A DNA stretch of 64,000 nt from NCBI GenBank assembly GCA_041650835.1, contig JBAZKL010000001.1:440185-504184 (forward strand), in the 5' to 3' direction. Positions 39,102 to 48,131 of the stretch are shown one piece after another; within the stretch, counting starts at the first letter, position 1; the number at the start of each line of letters is the position of its first letter. This stretch comes from Candidatus Omnitrophota bacterium (GTDB lineage: Bacteria > Omnitrophota > Gorgyraeia > Gygaellales > Profunditerraquicolaceae). A program made the position numbers and the translations under genes. Under the pieces are notes generated by a model that had not been told where the DNA came from, made no database searches, and saw only the letters and a program-made list of their open reading frames with translations.

Positions 39102-39665
39102 CTATTGCCAAAGGCCGCGCTTATTTTCGCGCGCGTCCTGGTATAATTTCAGGAATAGATCAGCATATTTCACGTTTGGAGGATATGTCATTAAAGAAGC
39201 ATACCCCTGTTTTACGATCTCGGCATTTATAAAGGTACCATCCGGTAAATAAGCATACCCCAAGAGCCTTCCGTATTTATCCTTTTTTTCCACGTCAAAT
39301 TCCAATTTGACGCGCTTTCCTTCCACCAGGCCCCGGGTAAATTGATACGAGCGCTTCCCCAATTTCTTAATGGTTTCAACGTTCTGGCTCATCCGCTGGC
39401 TATCCCGGTATAACTTTTTAGACTCATGCATCTCAGGAGTATCGATGCCGATAAGCCTAACCCGTTGCCCGCCTTCTAGTACCAGAGTATCGCCATCAAC
39501 CACTCTATCTACAAGTATATCATAATACTTATCTTCAGCGCCAATTGGCGCGTTCGCCTTATTACTGCTTTGATTACCTATCCAACCTGCCTGCTCACAA
39601 GCAGCAAGGCAAAGCGAAAGAAAGATCGCGGATAAAAGTAACCCTTTCTTAAACATCTTTTTCAT
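39102..39665 (-). CDS. Secreted thermonuclease (SNase/micrococcal nuclease-like) lipoprotein
   Basis: Signal peptide with lipobox (LAAC). VVDGDTLVLEGGQRVRLIGIDTPE, YGRLLGYAY and LMTYPP are SNase-fold signatures. Confidence 0.8.
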   Translation of the reverse strand: MKKMFKKGLLLSAIFLSLCLAACEQAGWIGNQSSNKANAPIGAEDKYYDILVDRVVDGDTLVLEGGQRVRLIGIDTPEMHESKKLYRDSQRMSQNVETIKKLGKRSYQFTRGLVEGKRVKLEFDVEKKDKYGRLLGYAYLPDGTFINAEIVKQGYASLMTYPPNVKYADLFLKLYQDARENKRGLWQ

Positions 39666-40170
39666 TCTTAACTCCTTTATTACACTATATTTACTTAGAA
39701 ATAATTATTGGTGATCCGCTTATCCGGGTACCCCAGTCGCCAGAGCCCCAGTCACAAGTCGCAAGACACAGGTCACATGACACCCCTCGACAAGCTCGGG
39801 GCAAGCAAGTAGTCGATAGTCTATAGTCAATGGTCGATAGTCCATAGTTATAGGTTATGGTTAAGGTTAAGATGTTAGTTTAGTTGTTAGGTTAAGGAGT
39901 TGGGTTATTTAACGTTAATGATAAAGTTTAAAGCTCAAATAACAAAGGAAATCCAAAGAATAAAGTATAAAGTTTAAAATTTCCTGCCTGCCGACAAACA
40001 GAAAACTTTAAACTTTAACCTTCCTTTGTTATTTAGCCTTTACCATTTAGACTTAACTTGTCATATACCTAACTACCAATAATAAAGTCACAAGACACAG
40101 GTCGCAAGACACCCCTCGACAAGCTCGGGGCAAGCAAGTAGTCGATAGTCCACAGTCCATAGACGGGAGA
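39666..40170. repeat. Composite repeat island upstream of the helicase locus: CCCCAGTCGCCAGAGCCCCAGTCACAAGTC module, TAGTCCATAG modules, GTTAGGTTAAGG module, a family A hairpin copy (39901-40060), then a ~95 bp segment (40061-40166) that reappears as a direct repeat at 42881-42975
   Basis: Direct sequence comparison of 39901-40166 with 42717-42975. Confidence 0.8.
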
Positions 40171-40436
40171 AACTTTACGGTTTTTGCTTTAAGCGCACAT
40201 TTGAAAACTTTTGCCAAAAGTCTGCGAGGAATTACGAATCGCCGTAGCACTCGCGACCACGAAAGTCAACTGGCGAAGGCGATGAGTAAACCGAAGCAGA
40301 CGGCAAAATGTTTTTTGTGCGCGTAAGCAAAAAGCGTAAAATTTCCCGGCTACTACCGACTAGTTGCAACATGCGACTGTTCAAGTTTCTCAATATTCAC
40401 TTGCACGCTCACTTGGCACTATTCTATTCTTTTTTA

Positions 40437-40466
40437 TTAGATAAATCAATGGTTTTGGACTATAAT
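40437..40466 (+). promoter_or_regulatory. Candidate sigma70-like promoter (TTAGAT-18-TATAAT) upstream of a small ORF and the helicase
   Basis: The sequence is ttagataaatcaatggttttggactataat, followed by GGAG and an ATG at 40497. Confidence 0.3.
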
Positions 40467-40654
40467 AGTGATGCCACAACTTATGGAGCGAATGAAATGA
40501 GCGAACATAAGTTGTTTGACCGAACTATCCTGCCGAGTACGTCAAAATTATGGAACAGAATTTTGACGTATCTTACGAGGCAGGATGCATATTCGGTTAT
40601 CGGAGGCTCGGTTATCGCTAACCGAGAACCAAGACCCGAGAACCAATAAGCAAA

Positions 40655-40828
40655 AACTGACAACACCCGGCGCAGATCGCACCCCGCCTTATTGGAATGG
40701 CGGGGTATGCCGCTTACTGCGGCAAAATTGCGCCGGTGCGCGCTTCCTGCCCAGCAAGGACGCACCCAGCATTCCTATTAAGCTGGGGTGCTGCGCAGCC
40801 GAACACCAAGAACCGAGCACCGATAACC
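40655..40828. repeat. GC-rich structured interspersed repeat, family B, copy 3 (reverse-complement orientation), abutting the helicase start
   Basis: The reverse complement aligns with 19990-20150. Confidence 0.8.
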
Positions 40829-42703
40829 GTGATATACGACCGCTTTCAAGAAGAAGCCATAAACTACATTAACCAGGGATACTCGGTAATTGTATCAGCT
40901 CCTACCGGCGCCGGAAAAACTGCGATCGCCGAGCATATTATTGAGAATGCCTTACGGCTTAAGCAGGGAGTCATCTATACCGCTCCCATCAAAGCCCTTT
41001 CCAATCAGAAATTCCGTGATTTCCAGCATCAATACCGGGAAGATATCGGCATTTTAACCGGCGACGTATCGTTGAACGCCCATGCCCCGGTACTGATCAT
41101 GACCACAGAAATATTCCGCAACAAGATCCTCGATGAACCCGAGAGCCTGAAAAAATATTCGTGGGCGATCTTTGACGAGATCCATTATATTGACAACTAT
41201 GAACGCGGGACTGTCTGGGAAGAATCCCTGATATTCCTGCCGAAACACATCAATCTGCTGGGTCTTTCGGCGACCATACCGAATATCAAGGAATTCGCCC
41301 AATGGATCGAATCGATCCATGAAAAACCGATCAAGATCGTCATTGAAGACAAGCGCCCGGTGCCCTTGCATTTTTTCTTCCAGTGCCAGAACCAGGTGGT
41401 CGATAAGATCGAAGCGCTCAGGAGAATCCGCTTCAGCAAATTCAACAAGCTCGTCTCCCTGGTCAATTATATCCAAAGAAATAACGGGCTTCCCTGCATC
41501 TATTTTGTCTTCGGCAGGAGAAAAGCGGAAGACCTCGCTTATGAATTATACAGCTATAATTTTCTCACCCCCGAGGAACAGGCGAAGATCACTTTACTCT
41601 TTGATTCTCTCTGCGAACGCTTTGATTTAAAGAACGAAAAAAGCGCTGTTGCCATGTACCCGCTGGTCAAACACGGCATTGCCTTCCATCACGCGGGCAT
41701 GCTTCCGACATTAAAAGAAGTGATCGAACGGCTTTTTACCAGCAAATTGCTGAAAGTGATCTTTACCACGGAGACCTTTGCCCTGGGCATTAACATGCCC
41801 AGCCGCAGCGTCGTATTCGATGAACTGCGTAAATTCTACGGCCGCTACGTGCGCAACCTCAAAACCCGGGATTTTTACCAGATGGCCGGCCGCGCGGGAA
41901 GGCGCGGCATGGATAAAGAAGGTTTCGTCTATGTCCGGGTGAATTTGAACAGGATCAAGCATGAAGAAGTAAGGAATATCCTTTACGGCAAACCCGAAGA
42001 GGTCAAAAGCCAGCTTAACAATTCCTACGCGACGATCCTTAACCTCTACCAGCGCTATAAAGACGAACTGTACCGGATATACTCCTTCTCATTCCATTAT
42101 TTCCAGACCAAAAAATACCAGCAAAAAGAAGCCCTCAGGTTAATGCAGGCAAAGCTGTCGCTGTTGAAGGATTCAGGATATATTGCCGACGAAGCCTTGA
42201 CCGCCAAGGGGCAATTTGCCAAGAATGTTTACGGCTACGAGCTGCTTTTATCCGAACTCTTCGCGCGCAACTGTTTTGAAGAGCTCGACGAATTCGGGCT
42301 GGGGATACTGGCGGCGGCAATCGTTTTTGAACCGAGGAAAAACCAGCAGGCCCATCAACTTCCAAAGGCAGCGCGGGGGATACAGGAACTCTGTGAAGAC
42401 GCCTTTGAAAAAATATACCACAAAGAATCGAAGTATAAGATTTACCCCATCAGCAAAGCGCCGTTTTTCCACCTGGCAAAACCAATGGAATGCTGGCTGC
42501 AGGGTATGCAATTCAGCAAGATACTACAATACAGCGATACTGATGAAGGTGAAGTCGTGCGCTATTTCAGGATGAGCATCCAAATACTGCGGGAAATCAA
42601 CAAAACCCCCATCTCCCCTGCCTTAAAAGAAAAGATCAAAGAAACGATCCGTGTTATCAACCGGGGCATCATCGACGCGGAAAAACAGCTCAGAGAAAGC
42701 TAA
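40829..42703 (+). CDS. Ski2-like superfamily II DEAD/DEAH-box helicase (HelY/Mtr4-like core)
   Basis: Q-motif (FQEEAI), motif I (SAPTGAGKTAIAE), Ski2-type motifs (YTAPIKALSNQKFRDF, ILTGD, FDEIHYI, LSATIPN) and RecA2 motifs (HHAGMLP, MAGRAGRRG). The six-frame ORF begins at 40697 inside a repeat and no in-frame ATG precedes the Q-motif. A GTG at 40829 is proposed as the start (uncertain). Confidence 0.7.
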   Translation: MIYDRFQEEAINYINQGYSVIVSAPTGAGKTAIAEHIIENALRLKQGVIYTAPIKALSNQKFRDFQHQYREDIGILTGDVSLNAHAPVLIMTTEIFRNKILDEPESLKKYSWAIFDEIHYIDNYERGTVWEESLIFLPKHINLLGLSATIPNIKEFAQWIESIHEKPIKIVIEDKRPVPLHFFFQCQNQVVDKIEALRRIRFSKFNKLVSLVNYIQRNNGLPCIYFVFGRRKAEDLAYELYSYNFLTPEEQAKITLLFDSLCERFDLKNEKSAVAMYPLVKHGIAFHHAGMLPTLKEVIERLFTSKLLKVIFTTETFALGINMPSRSVVFDELRKFYGRYVRNLKTRDFYQMAGRAGRRGMDKEGFVYVRVNLNRIKHEEVRNILYGKPEEVKSQLNNSYATILNLYQRYKDELYRIYSFSFHYFQTKKYQQKEALRLMQAKLSLLKDSGYIADEALTAKGQFAKNVYGYELLLSELFARNCFEELDEFGLGILAAAIVFEPRKNQQAHQLPKAARGIQELCEDAFEKIYHKESKYKIYPISKAPFFHLAKPMECWLQGMQFSKILQYSDTDEGEVVRYFRMSIQILREINKTPISPALKEKIKETIRVINRGIIDAEKQLRES

Positions 42704-43333
42704 AAGTCCAGCCATAGGTTAAAGTTTGGGTTATTCAACGTTAATGATAAAGGTTAAAGTCTAAAGAACAAAGGAAATTCAAAGAATAAAGGTTAAATTT
42801 TAAAATTACCTGCCTGCAGGAACCTTAAACCTTTAAACTTTAATCTTCCTTTGTTATTTATCCTTTAGACTTTAGACTTAACTTGTCATATACCTAACTA
42901 CCAATAATAAAGTCACAAGACACAGGTCGCATGACACAAGTAGTCGATAGTCCACAGTCCATAGTTATAGGTTAAAGAGTGGGGTTATTTAACGTTAATT
43001 TAAAAGTCTAAAGTTTAAAAAACAAAGGAAATCCAAAGAATAAAGTATAAATTTTAAAATTACCTGCCTGCAGGAACCTTTAAACTTTAACCTTTAATCT
43101 TCCTTTGTTATTTATCCTTTAGACTTTAGACTTATCTTACTATTTATTATTTTAAACCAAACTCCTTTACCCAACTACTAAACAAACTTCTTTACCCTTA
43201 CCTAACTACCAATATTAAAGTAGCATGACACAAAACACAGGTAATCGATAACGATAAATTTAGGTTTGCGACTTGAAACATGTGACTTGAGACTGGGACG
43301 ATGGGACTCTGGAGACTGGGGCACCCGTGACTT
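42704..43333. repeat. 630 bp non-coding repeat island with two family A hairpin copies (42717-42890, 42967-43140), a direct repeat of 40061-40166, and a reverse-complement copy of the CCCCAGTCGCCAG...GTCACAAGTC module (43240-43330)
   Basis: Direct comparison. It lies between the helicase stop and the Macro-NUDIX stop. Confidence 0.85.
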
Positions 43334-44275
43334 TTATCTTTTGATTTTTTTTGATCTTATATAATCGAGGATGATCTTCTTGTGGTCGAAGGCAAAGGAT
43401 AACGCGTTGATCTTACGCAGCGGAACGACTTTGACTGCCGCGGCGTCATCACCCGCGCGGGGAACACCCGAGGCTCTGGCTGTGAAAACCGTGCCTATGG
43501 TGTGAAAGCGGGGGTCACGGCCGGGATCGGAATAAGTATGGAACTGTTTTACATCGAACAGGTCCAATCCGGTTTCTTCTTTAGCTTCACGCACGGCCGC
43601 TTTTTCTAAACTCTCTCCATAATCGACAAACCCCCCTGGCAATGCCCAGCCAAACGGAGGGTTGCTTCTTTTTATTATCACGATACCTTCTTTTAACTCG
43701 ATGATCGCGTCCACGGTAACAAAAGGGCTTTTGAGCTTATTGACAATATAATCCAGGTAGCCGAACATATTGCGCTCAAAAGCATCAAAGGTTTCTTTAT
43801 CCGGCAGGCAAAAAATTATTTCTTTTAAAGAAGGCTGCGGCTCTTGCCGTATATACCGATAGACTTCCTGGGCCATGATCTTTGCGCAGGCAAGCGGGCT
43901 TACCCCTTTTAAACCATCCCCTAAAGAAGGGAAAGCAATAGAGATCATTTTTAACTGCTGCGCCAGGCGCAAACAATTACCGGCAGCACTTCTTATTTTC
44001 ATTTCATCGCTCCGAAGCGCCCCATTCGCCGTCACCGCATGTATCACCGCCCGGGCTTTCAAACTCCCGCTATCCGTCAAACAAACCTCTCCCGCGGGAA
44101 ACGGGCTCATCTTGATCGCCTGATCTTCTATGATCCTGCCGCCTTTTCTTTTTATTGACGCCGCAATGCCGCGGTTCATCATAAGGCTCTTATCGGCAAC
44201 AGACACAAGCGCGTCCGCGGCACAAGCGGTAATATCACCCTGTATCACAGAAATATTAATATTATTGATCTTCAT
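43334..44275 (-). CDS. Macro domain (ADP-ribose-1''-phosphate/O-acetyl-ADP-ribose processing) fused to a C-terminal NUDIX hydrolase domain
   Basis: The N-terminal ~170 aa form a macro fold (VIQGDITACAADALV...NAANSSL-like...AFPSLGDGLKG). The C-terminus has a Nudix box (GGFVDYGESLEKAAVREAKEETGL). Confidence 0.75.
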   Translation of the reverse strand: MKINNINISVIQGDITACAADALVSVADKSLMMNRGIAASIKRKGGRIIEDQAIKMSPFPAGEVCLTDSGSLKARAVIHAVTANGALRSDEMKIRSAAGNCLRLAQQLKMISIAFPSLGDGLKGVSPLACAKIMAQEVYRYIRQEPQPSLKEIIFCLPDKETFDAFERNMFGYLDYIVNKLKSPFVTVDAIIELKEGIVIIKRSNPPFGWALPGGFVDYGESLEKAAVREAKEETGLDLFDVKQFHTYSDPGRDPRFHTIGTVFTARASGVPRAGDDAAAVKVVPLRKINALSFAFDHKKIILDYIRSKKIKR

Positions 44276-44450
44276 GGGGATTGTTTAAATAAAAATTCAA
44301 AGGCTAAAGATTAAATAACAAAGGAATTTAAAAGGTTTAAGGTTAAATTTTAAAATTTCCTACCTGCCGGTAAGCAGGAACCTTTAGCCTTAAACCTTCC
44401 TTTGTTATTTAGACTTTATCCTTTAACATTATCGTATTATAACAGACTTT
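44276..44450. repeat. Family A hairpin repeat copy
   Basis: aaataacaaaggaa ... cctacctgccggtaagcaggaacc ... ttcctttgttatttagactt. Confidence 0.8.
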
Positions 44451-44472
44451 GTGACACCGGTGAGCATCATTT

Positions 44473-45039
44473 TTATTGCTTCAAATACCCTTTTTCCTCT
44501 AATTTCTTGCGCAGTTGTTCAAAAGCGACCCCTACTTCCTTAAATTCGTCATATTTCCGGAAATGGAACGGCGGGGTGTTTTTCCCCTCACTGAGCAAAT
44601 TTAAATGCTTCTCAAGCCGGTACAAAGGCCCGGCGATGCGATGAGAATACAAAAGCGCTAAGATCCCTACGCACATCAAGACTACCGGCAAAACAGTCAA
44701 CAATATCACCTTCGTATTGATCCAATCCAGGAGGTCCTTGTAATGTTTCATCTCCAGGGTATGCTGCAGGATAAAAAGTTCCCGCTTCATCACTTCTATC
44801 TTATCGCTCAAGGTCACCCCCAAATCGGGATTCTCAAGTTTTTTCAGCGTCATATGGAGCGAAGCCGTTTCCTGCGCGAGTTTAAGCTTCTCATTATTCA
44901 TCAGGTTTTCGCCGCTTTTAAAGAGAAGAAAAATACTAAAAATACTCATGATCAACGCCGGGATGATCGTCATAGCGATATACTTGACCTGGCTTGACGG
45001 GTGGACAAAATAAGCGCCTCTCTTACCTTTTTTCTTCAT
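44473..45039 (-). CDS. Small membrane protein with two TM helices and a HAMP-like linker
   Basis: TM1, a ~100-aa periplasmic segment, TM2, then RIAGPLYRLEKHLNLLSEGK...EFKEVGVAFEQL (HAMP-like amphipathic helices). There is no output domain. Confidence 0.45.
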   Translation of the reverse strand: MKKKGKRGAYFVHPSSQVKYIAMTIIPALIMSIFSIFLLFKSGENLMNNEKLKLAQETASLHMTLKKLENPDLGVTLSDKIEVMKRELFILQHTLEMKHYKDLLDWINTKVILLTVLPVVLMCVGILALLYSHRIAGPLYRLEKHLNLLSEGKNTPPFHFRKYDEFKEVGVAFEQLRKKLEEKGYLKQ

Positions 45040-45089
45040 AAACGCCCTCTCCTGTTTTAAAATATTCTCCTAAAGCTTTTAACCGGTAA

Positions 45090-46055
45090 TTAATAAGAAA
45101 GTGTCACGATAAAATCCTGAAAATCCTTATCACCGCCGCTCCTGGTATCTTCGCAGCCTATGGTGATCTTACGCAAAGAGGTATTCATATAAATCTTCAT
45201 GTGGTCTGAATTATCAGAATTACTGTTTGTTTCGGAATAATAGGTATACCCGGGTCCTTGAGGGGTCGTCATATAAAACCCCACAATTTCACCGCTCTCG
45301 GTGGGAAACGATGCCTTGGCACCTGTTGTATCAGCGCCTTTAAAAAGCTGATGCAGCACTTTATTGCCTGTTGCCGGGTCGATGGTATAATAACCGAACT
45401 TGATCTGAGGGGCCCATCCGGCGTATTCTCCGGTTATTTCCGCGTTTAAAGTCCCGTCAAAAGAGCTGAATTTCTCAATAGAGGTATCCGTACCGGAGAG
45501 CTTCGGTTCACCGGAAGACTGCGGAAGGATGACCGCGCAGCCTCCGACTAATTTTTTCCCGTCTGCTAAAGTAATAAGGTTCTTACTGCTGAGTTGATTA
45601 ATAAAGTCCATAGTGATATCTTTTCTGGACATTCCCAACAGCGCAAGGATAGCGTCATCAATGATCTGTGTCCCGTTAAAATCGCCGGTCAAGGGGTCAT
45701 AAACATAAAAATTACCCGCAGGGCTTTGGTATAACACACTGCTGAGCTTTCTCCACTCGCCGTCAATTACCCCGGGAGCAGCCAGCACATTGATAAAAAA
45801 AGCGTTCGAGGCGGAAGCATACGCGGTTGAAGCAGAATCCAGGATCGCCGGGTACAAAGGAACCCTGCGGTTTATGGTTGATTTAACATAATACGCGTTG
45901 ATCCCCACGCGCGTGCTGGCAATAGCCTGCTTTTCCGCGGCAAGTTGCGCTTCCTGGCGCAAACTCACGATCTTAGGGACGGAAATACTCCCCAAGATCC
46001 CCAGGGAAAGAATAACGATCACTACTTCCAGAAGCGTAAAGCCTTTGTTTTTCAT
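45090..46055 (-). CDS. Prepilin-type N-terminal cleavage/methylation domain protein (type IV pilin/pseudopilin-like with large C-terminal domain)
   Basis: MKNKGFTLLEVVIVILSLGIL is the class III signal peptide / N-methylation motif (G|FTLLE). Confidence 0.7.
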   Translation of the reverse strand: MKNKGFTLLEVVIVILSLGILGSISVPKIVSLRQEAQLAAEKQAIASTRVGINAYYVKSTINRRVPLYPAILDSASTAYASASNAFFINVLAAPGVIDGEWRKLSSVLYQSPAGNFYVYDPLTGDFNGTQIIDDAILALLGMSRKDITMDFINQLSSKNLITLADGKKLVGGCAVILPQSSGEPKLSGTDTSIEKFSSFDGTLNAEITGEYAGWAPQIKFGYYTIDPATGNKVLHQLFKGADTTGAKASFPTESGEIVGFYMTTPQGPGYTYYSETNSNSDNSDHMKIYMNTSLRKITIGCEDTRSGGDKDFQDFIVTLSY

Positions 46056-46171
46056 ACTTTAAGTATAACACAACCAACGACTATTTCCCACACCAGTAGC
46101 GGTATTCGGTGTTCGGTTATCGGCCGGCATGGTCACCGAAAACCGAACACCGATAACCTATAACCGAAAAA
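46056..46171. repeat. Intergenic inverted-repeat element (GGTGTTCGGTTATCGG ... CCGAACACCGATAACC)
   Basis: Related CGAACACCGATAACC / GAACCAAGACCCGAGAACC motifs occur at 40600-40640 and 40795-40828. Confidence 0.6.
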
Positions 46172-46588
46172 TTACTCCCCTATTATCTTGACCAATACCC
46201 GCTTTTGCCTCTGTCCGTCAAATTCACCGTAAAAAACCTGTTCCCACGGCCCAAAGTCAAGCTTCCCCCTGGTTATCGCGGCCACTATTTCTCTTCCCAT
46301 GACCGTTCTTTTCAAATGAGCGTCCCCATTATCCTCGCCTGTCCGGTTATGCTGATACGCGCCTTTACCGTAGGGAGCTAACTTTTCCAGCCAAGCGCTG
46401 AAATCTTTATGCAATCCGCTTTCATCATCATTGATGAAAACGCTCGCGGTAATATGCATGGCATTGACCAGACAAAGGCCTTCTTGCACGCCCGATTTTG
46501 TAACGGCATCATCAATTAAAGCGGTAATATTAATAAATGCCTGGCGGGTTTTTGTATTAAAATTCAAATACTGAGTATAGGATCTCAT
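46172..46588 (-). CDS. YjbQ/UPF0047 family protein (secondary thiamine-phosphate synthase-like)
   Basis: 138 aa with the conserved YjbQ pattern ([14 protein letters not shown] ... HLKRTVMG...). Confidence 0.75.
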   Translation of the reverse strand: MRSYTQYLNFNTKTRQAFINITALIDDAVTKSGVQEGLCLVNAMHITASVFINDDESGLHKDFSAWLEKLAPYGKGAYQHNRTGEDNGDAHLKRTVMGREIVAAITRGKLDFGPWEQVFYGEFDGQRQKRVLVKIIGE

Positions 46589-46590
46589 CT

Positions 46591-47334
46591 CTATCGCGAT
46601 TTCTCCAGTATCAATTTCTTATTAGCGGCATCGATCTTAAAACTGAAATTTTTCAAAAAAGACATCCCCAAAAGCCCGTCTTTCAGGTTGGATTCCATCG
46701 TGGAATCCATAAGCACGGCAACATCGACATTGCGGGCAGACATCCCCTGAACGCTGATACTCTCAACGACAAAATGCCGCGCCTGGATCTTGCGGCCGTC
46801 AGCCACGATCGTTTCCAGGATATCATTCTTATTAACGGCTTTTTGGTCGATTTCCAAGCCAAGCTGGAGAGCGATACTGCGCGAGAGCATGACCAGGGAC
46901 GCGCCCGTATCTAAAATAAGGGAGGCCTGCACTTTATTATTCAACAAGGCCTTGACCACTAACTGTCCGCCGTTACCTTGAAAAACCTCGACATGTTTCG
47001 GGGAAGACTCTTCCTGCAGCCGTAAAGCCTCTGCCCGCCGGGCTGATTCCTCTTTCTGCCTGCCCCAATGCTCATGGATATCAAACGTCTCTTCCGCAGT
47101 AGATCGATAGATCCGCTCTATCTCCTTGCGGTTAAATCCCACGACGCCAAAACCTATCTCCAATTCGACCCGGTCATCATTTTCGCTTTTGATCACTCCC
47201 TCAACCGAGCGGCCGTTTTTAAGATATATCGTATCGGCGCTCGCCTGACGAATAAAACAAAACAGGGCAGCCGACAAGAACACCGCCTCAACGAATAACC
47301 GCACATAGGCGTTTTTCTTTTCCATAAAGATCAT
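46591..47334 (-). CDS. Retropepsin-like (clan AA, TIGR02281-type) aspartic protease, membrane/secreted
   Basis: Signal/TM N-terminus and the D-T/S-G-A active-site motif in [13 protein letters not shown]. Confidence 0.65.
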   Translation of the reverse strand: MIFMEKKNAYVRLFVEAVFLSAALFCFIRQASADTIYLKNGRSVEGVIKSENDDRVELEIGFGVVGFNRKEIERIYRSTAEETFDIHEHWGRQKEESARRAEALRLQEESSPKHVEVFQGNGGQLVVKALLNNKVQASLILDTGASLVMLSRSIALQLGLEIDQKAVNKNDILETIVADGRKIQARHFVVESISVQGMSARNVDVAVLMDSTMESNLKDGLLGMSFLKNFSFKIDAANKKLILEKSR

Positions 47335-47612
47335 TTAAAATTATAATGCTTCTTCACTACTTCTTTAATATCCCAGACGCACGACAAACCCCGGGGAAAG
47401 CTCACGAAATCGCCCTTTCCAAAACTCACCTTTTCCCCATCGGAAGTTTCCACAACCGCTCTCCCCGAGAGGATATAACACTCCTCAATGCTGTCATAGT
47501 GCCACTTAAACCGGGAAGCCTCTTTTTCCCATACCGGCCAGCTCAAAACTCCGCGCTCATTTAACTCATCCTGCGTCAATTTTTGCACTTTGATTTCCAT
47601 AGGCACCTCCAC
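47331..47612 (-). CDS. Cupin-domain protein
   Basis: 93 aa small-barrel cupin_2-like motif pattern (G..V.W..K...W.Y...E.CYIL.G...V). Confidence 0.55.
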   Translation of the reverse strand: MEVPMEIKVQKLTQDELNERGVLSWPVWEKEASRFKWHYDSIEECYILSGRAVVETSDGEKVSFGKGDFVSFPRGLSCVWDIKEVVKKHYNFK

Positions 47613-47614
47613 GC

Positions 47615-48130
47615 TTAAACCTTATTCTGATAGATCCCCTGATAACCATGCGATGTTTCATTGATGCCCTGAAAAATAAGCTGCACCAGGCGCGCGTTCT
47701 GTTTGATCCTCGCCCCGCGGGTATTTTCAACGACTAACACAAACTCGCTTCTCCCGCTAAAACCCGCGTCCCAAACTCCGGTATGCGTCAAGATCCCCAT
47801 CCGTAAAAGCGAACTCCGGGGAAAAGAAACAGCCAGGATATCTTTAGGCAAAGTTACGGTCTCATTGGTCGTTATTTTATAAATGCCTTTTTTTAAATGC
47901 CACCAGCCGAATTCGTCCCGCTTATTCTTTTTACGGGGAATAACCTCTTTACACGCGGGGAGCTTTCGCTCCTTATTGGAAAAATCAAGGCTTCCAGCCG
48001 AAGAAAACGAATGGATACAGGCGGCAGTCAGGTCGAATCCATTAGGAGTAAGCTGGGTGTTTAAATCGATATACCCGGCAACCAGGCGCTTTTCTTTGAT
48101 CAATTTCCCGATTTCCTGACGATTAAGCAT
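47615..48130 (-). CDS. dCTP deaminase / dUTPase-fold (Dcd family) protein
   Basis: PRSSLLRMGI and VWDAGFSGRSEFVLVVEN...ARLVQLIF match Dcd trimeric dUTPase-fold motifs, 171 aa. Confidence 0.6.
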   Translation of the reverse strand: MLNRQEIGKLIKEKRLVAGYIDLNTQLTPNGFDLTAACIHSFSSAGSLDFSNKERKLPACKEVIPRKKNKRDEFGWWHLKKGIYKITTNETVTLPKDILAVSFPRSSLLRMGILTHTGVWDAGFSGRSEFVLVVENTRGARIKQNARLVQLIFQGINETSHGYQGIYQNKV

Positions 48131-48131
48131 C

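Noticed and set aside
40053-40250. 65-codon minus-strand ORF (MLRRFVIPRRLL...VSCDLCLVTLLLVVRYMTS)
   Set aside because: It sits inside repeat modules. The VSCDLCLVT peptide also appears at the start of the antisense ORF at 49848 because of the shared GTCACAAGACACAGGTC module. This is a spurious repeat-derived ORF.
47615-48130. dCTP deaminase-fold protein as a nucleotide-depletion anti-phage defence gene
   Set aside because: Its size (171 aa) and motifs fit the housekeeping Dcd/dUTPase family. It lacks the additional kinase or other fused domains typical of defence dCTP deaminases, and it sits in an operon of metabolic genes, so a defence role is not supported.
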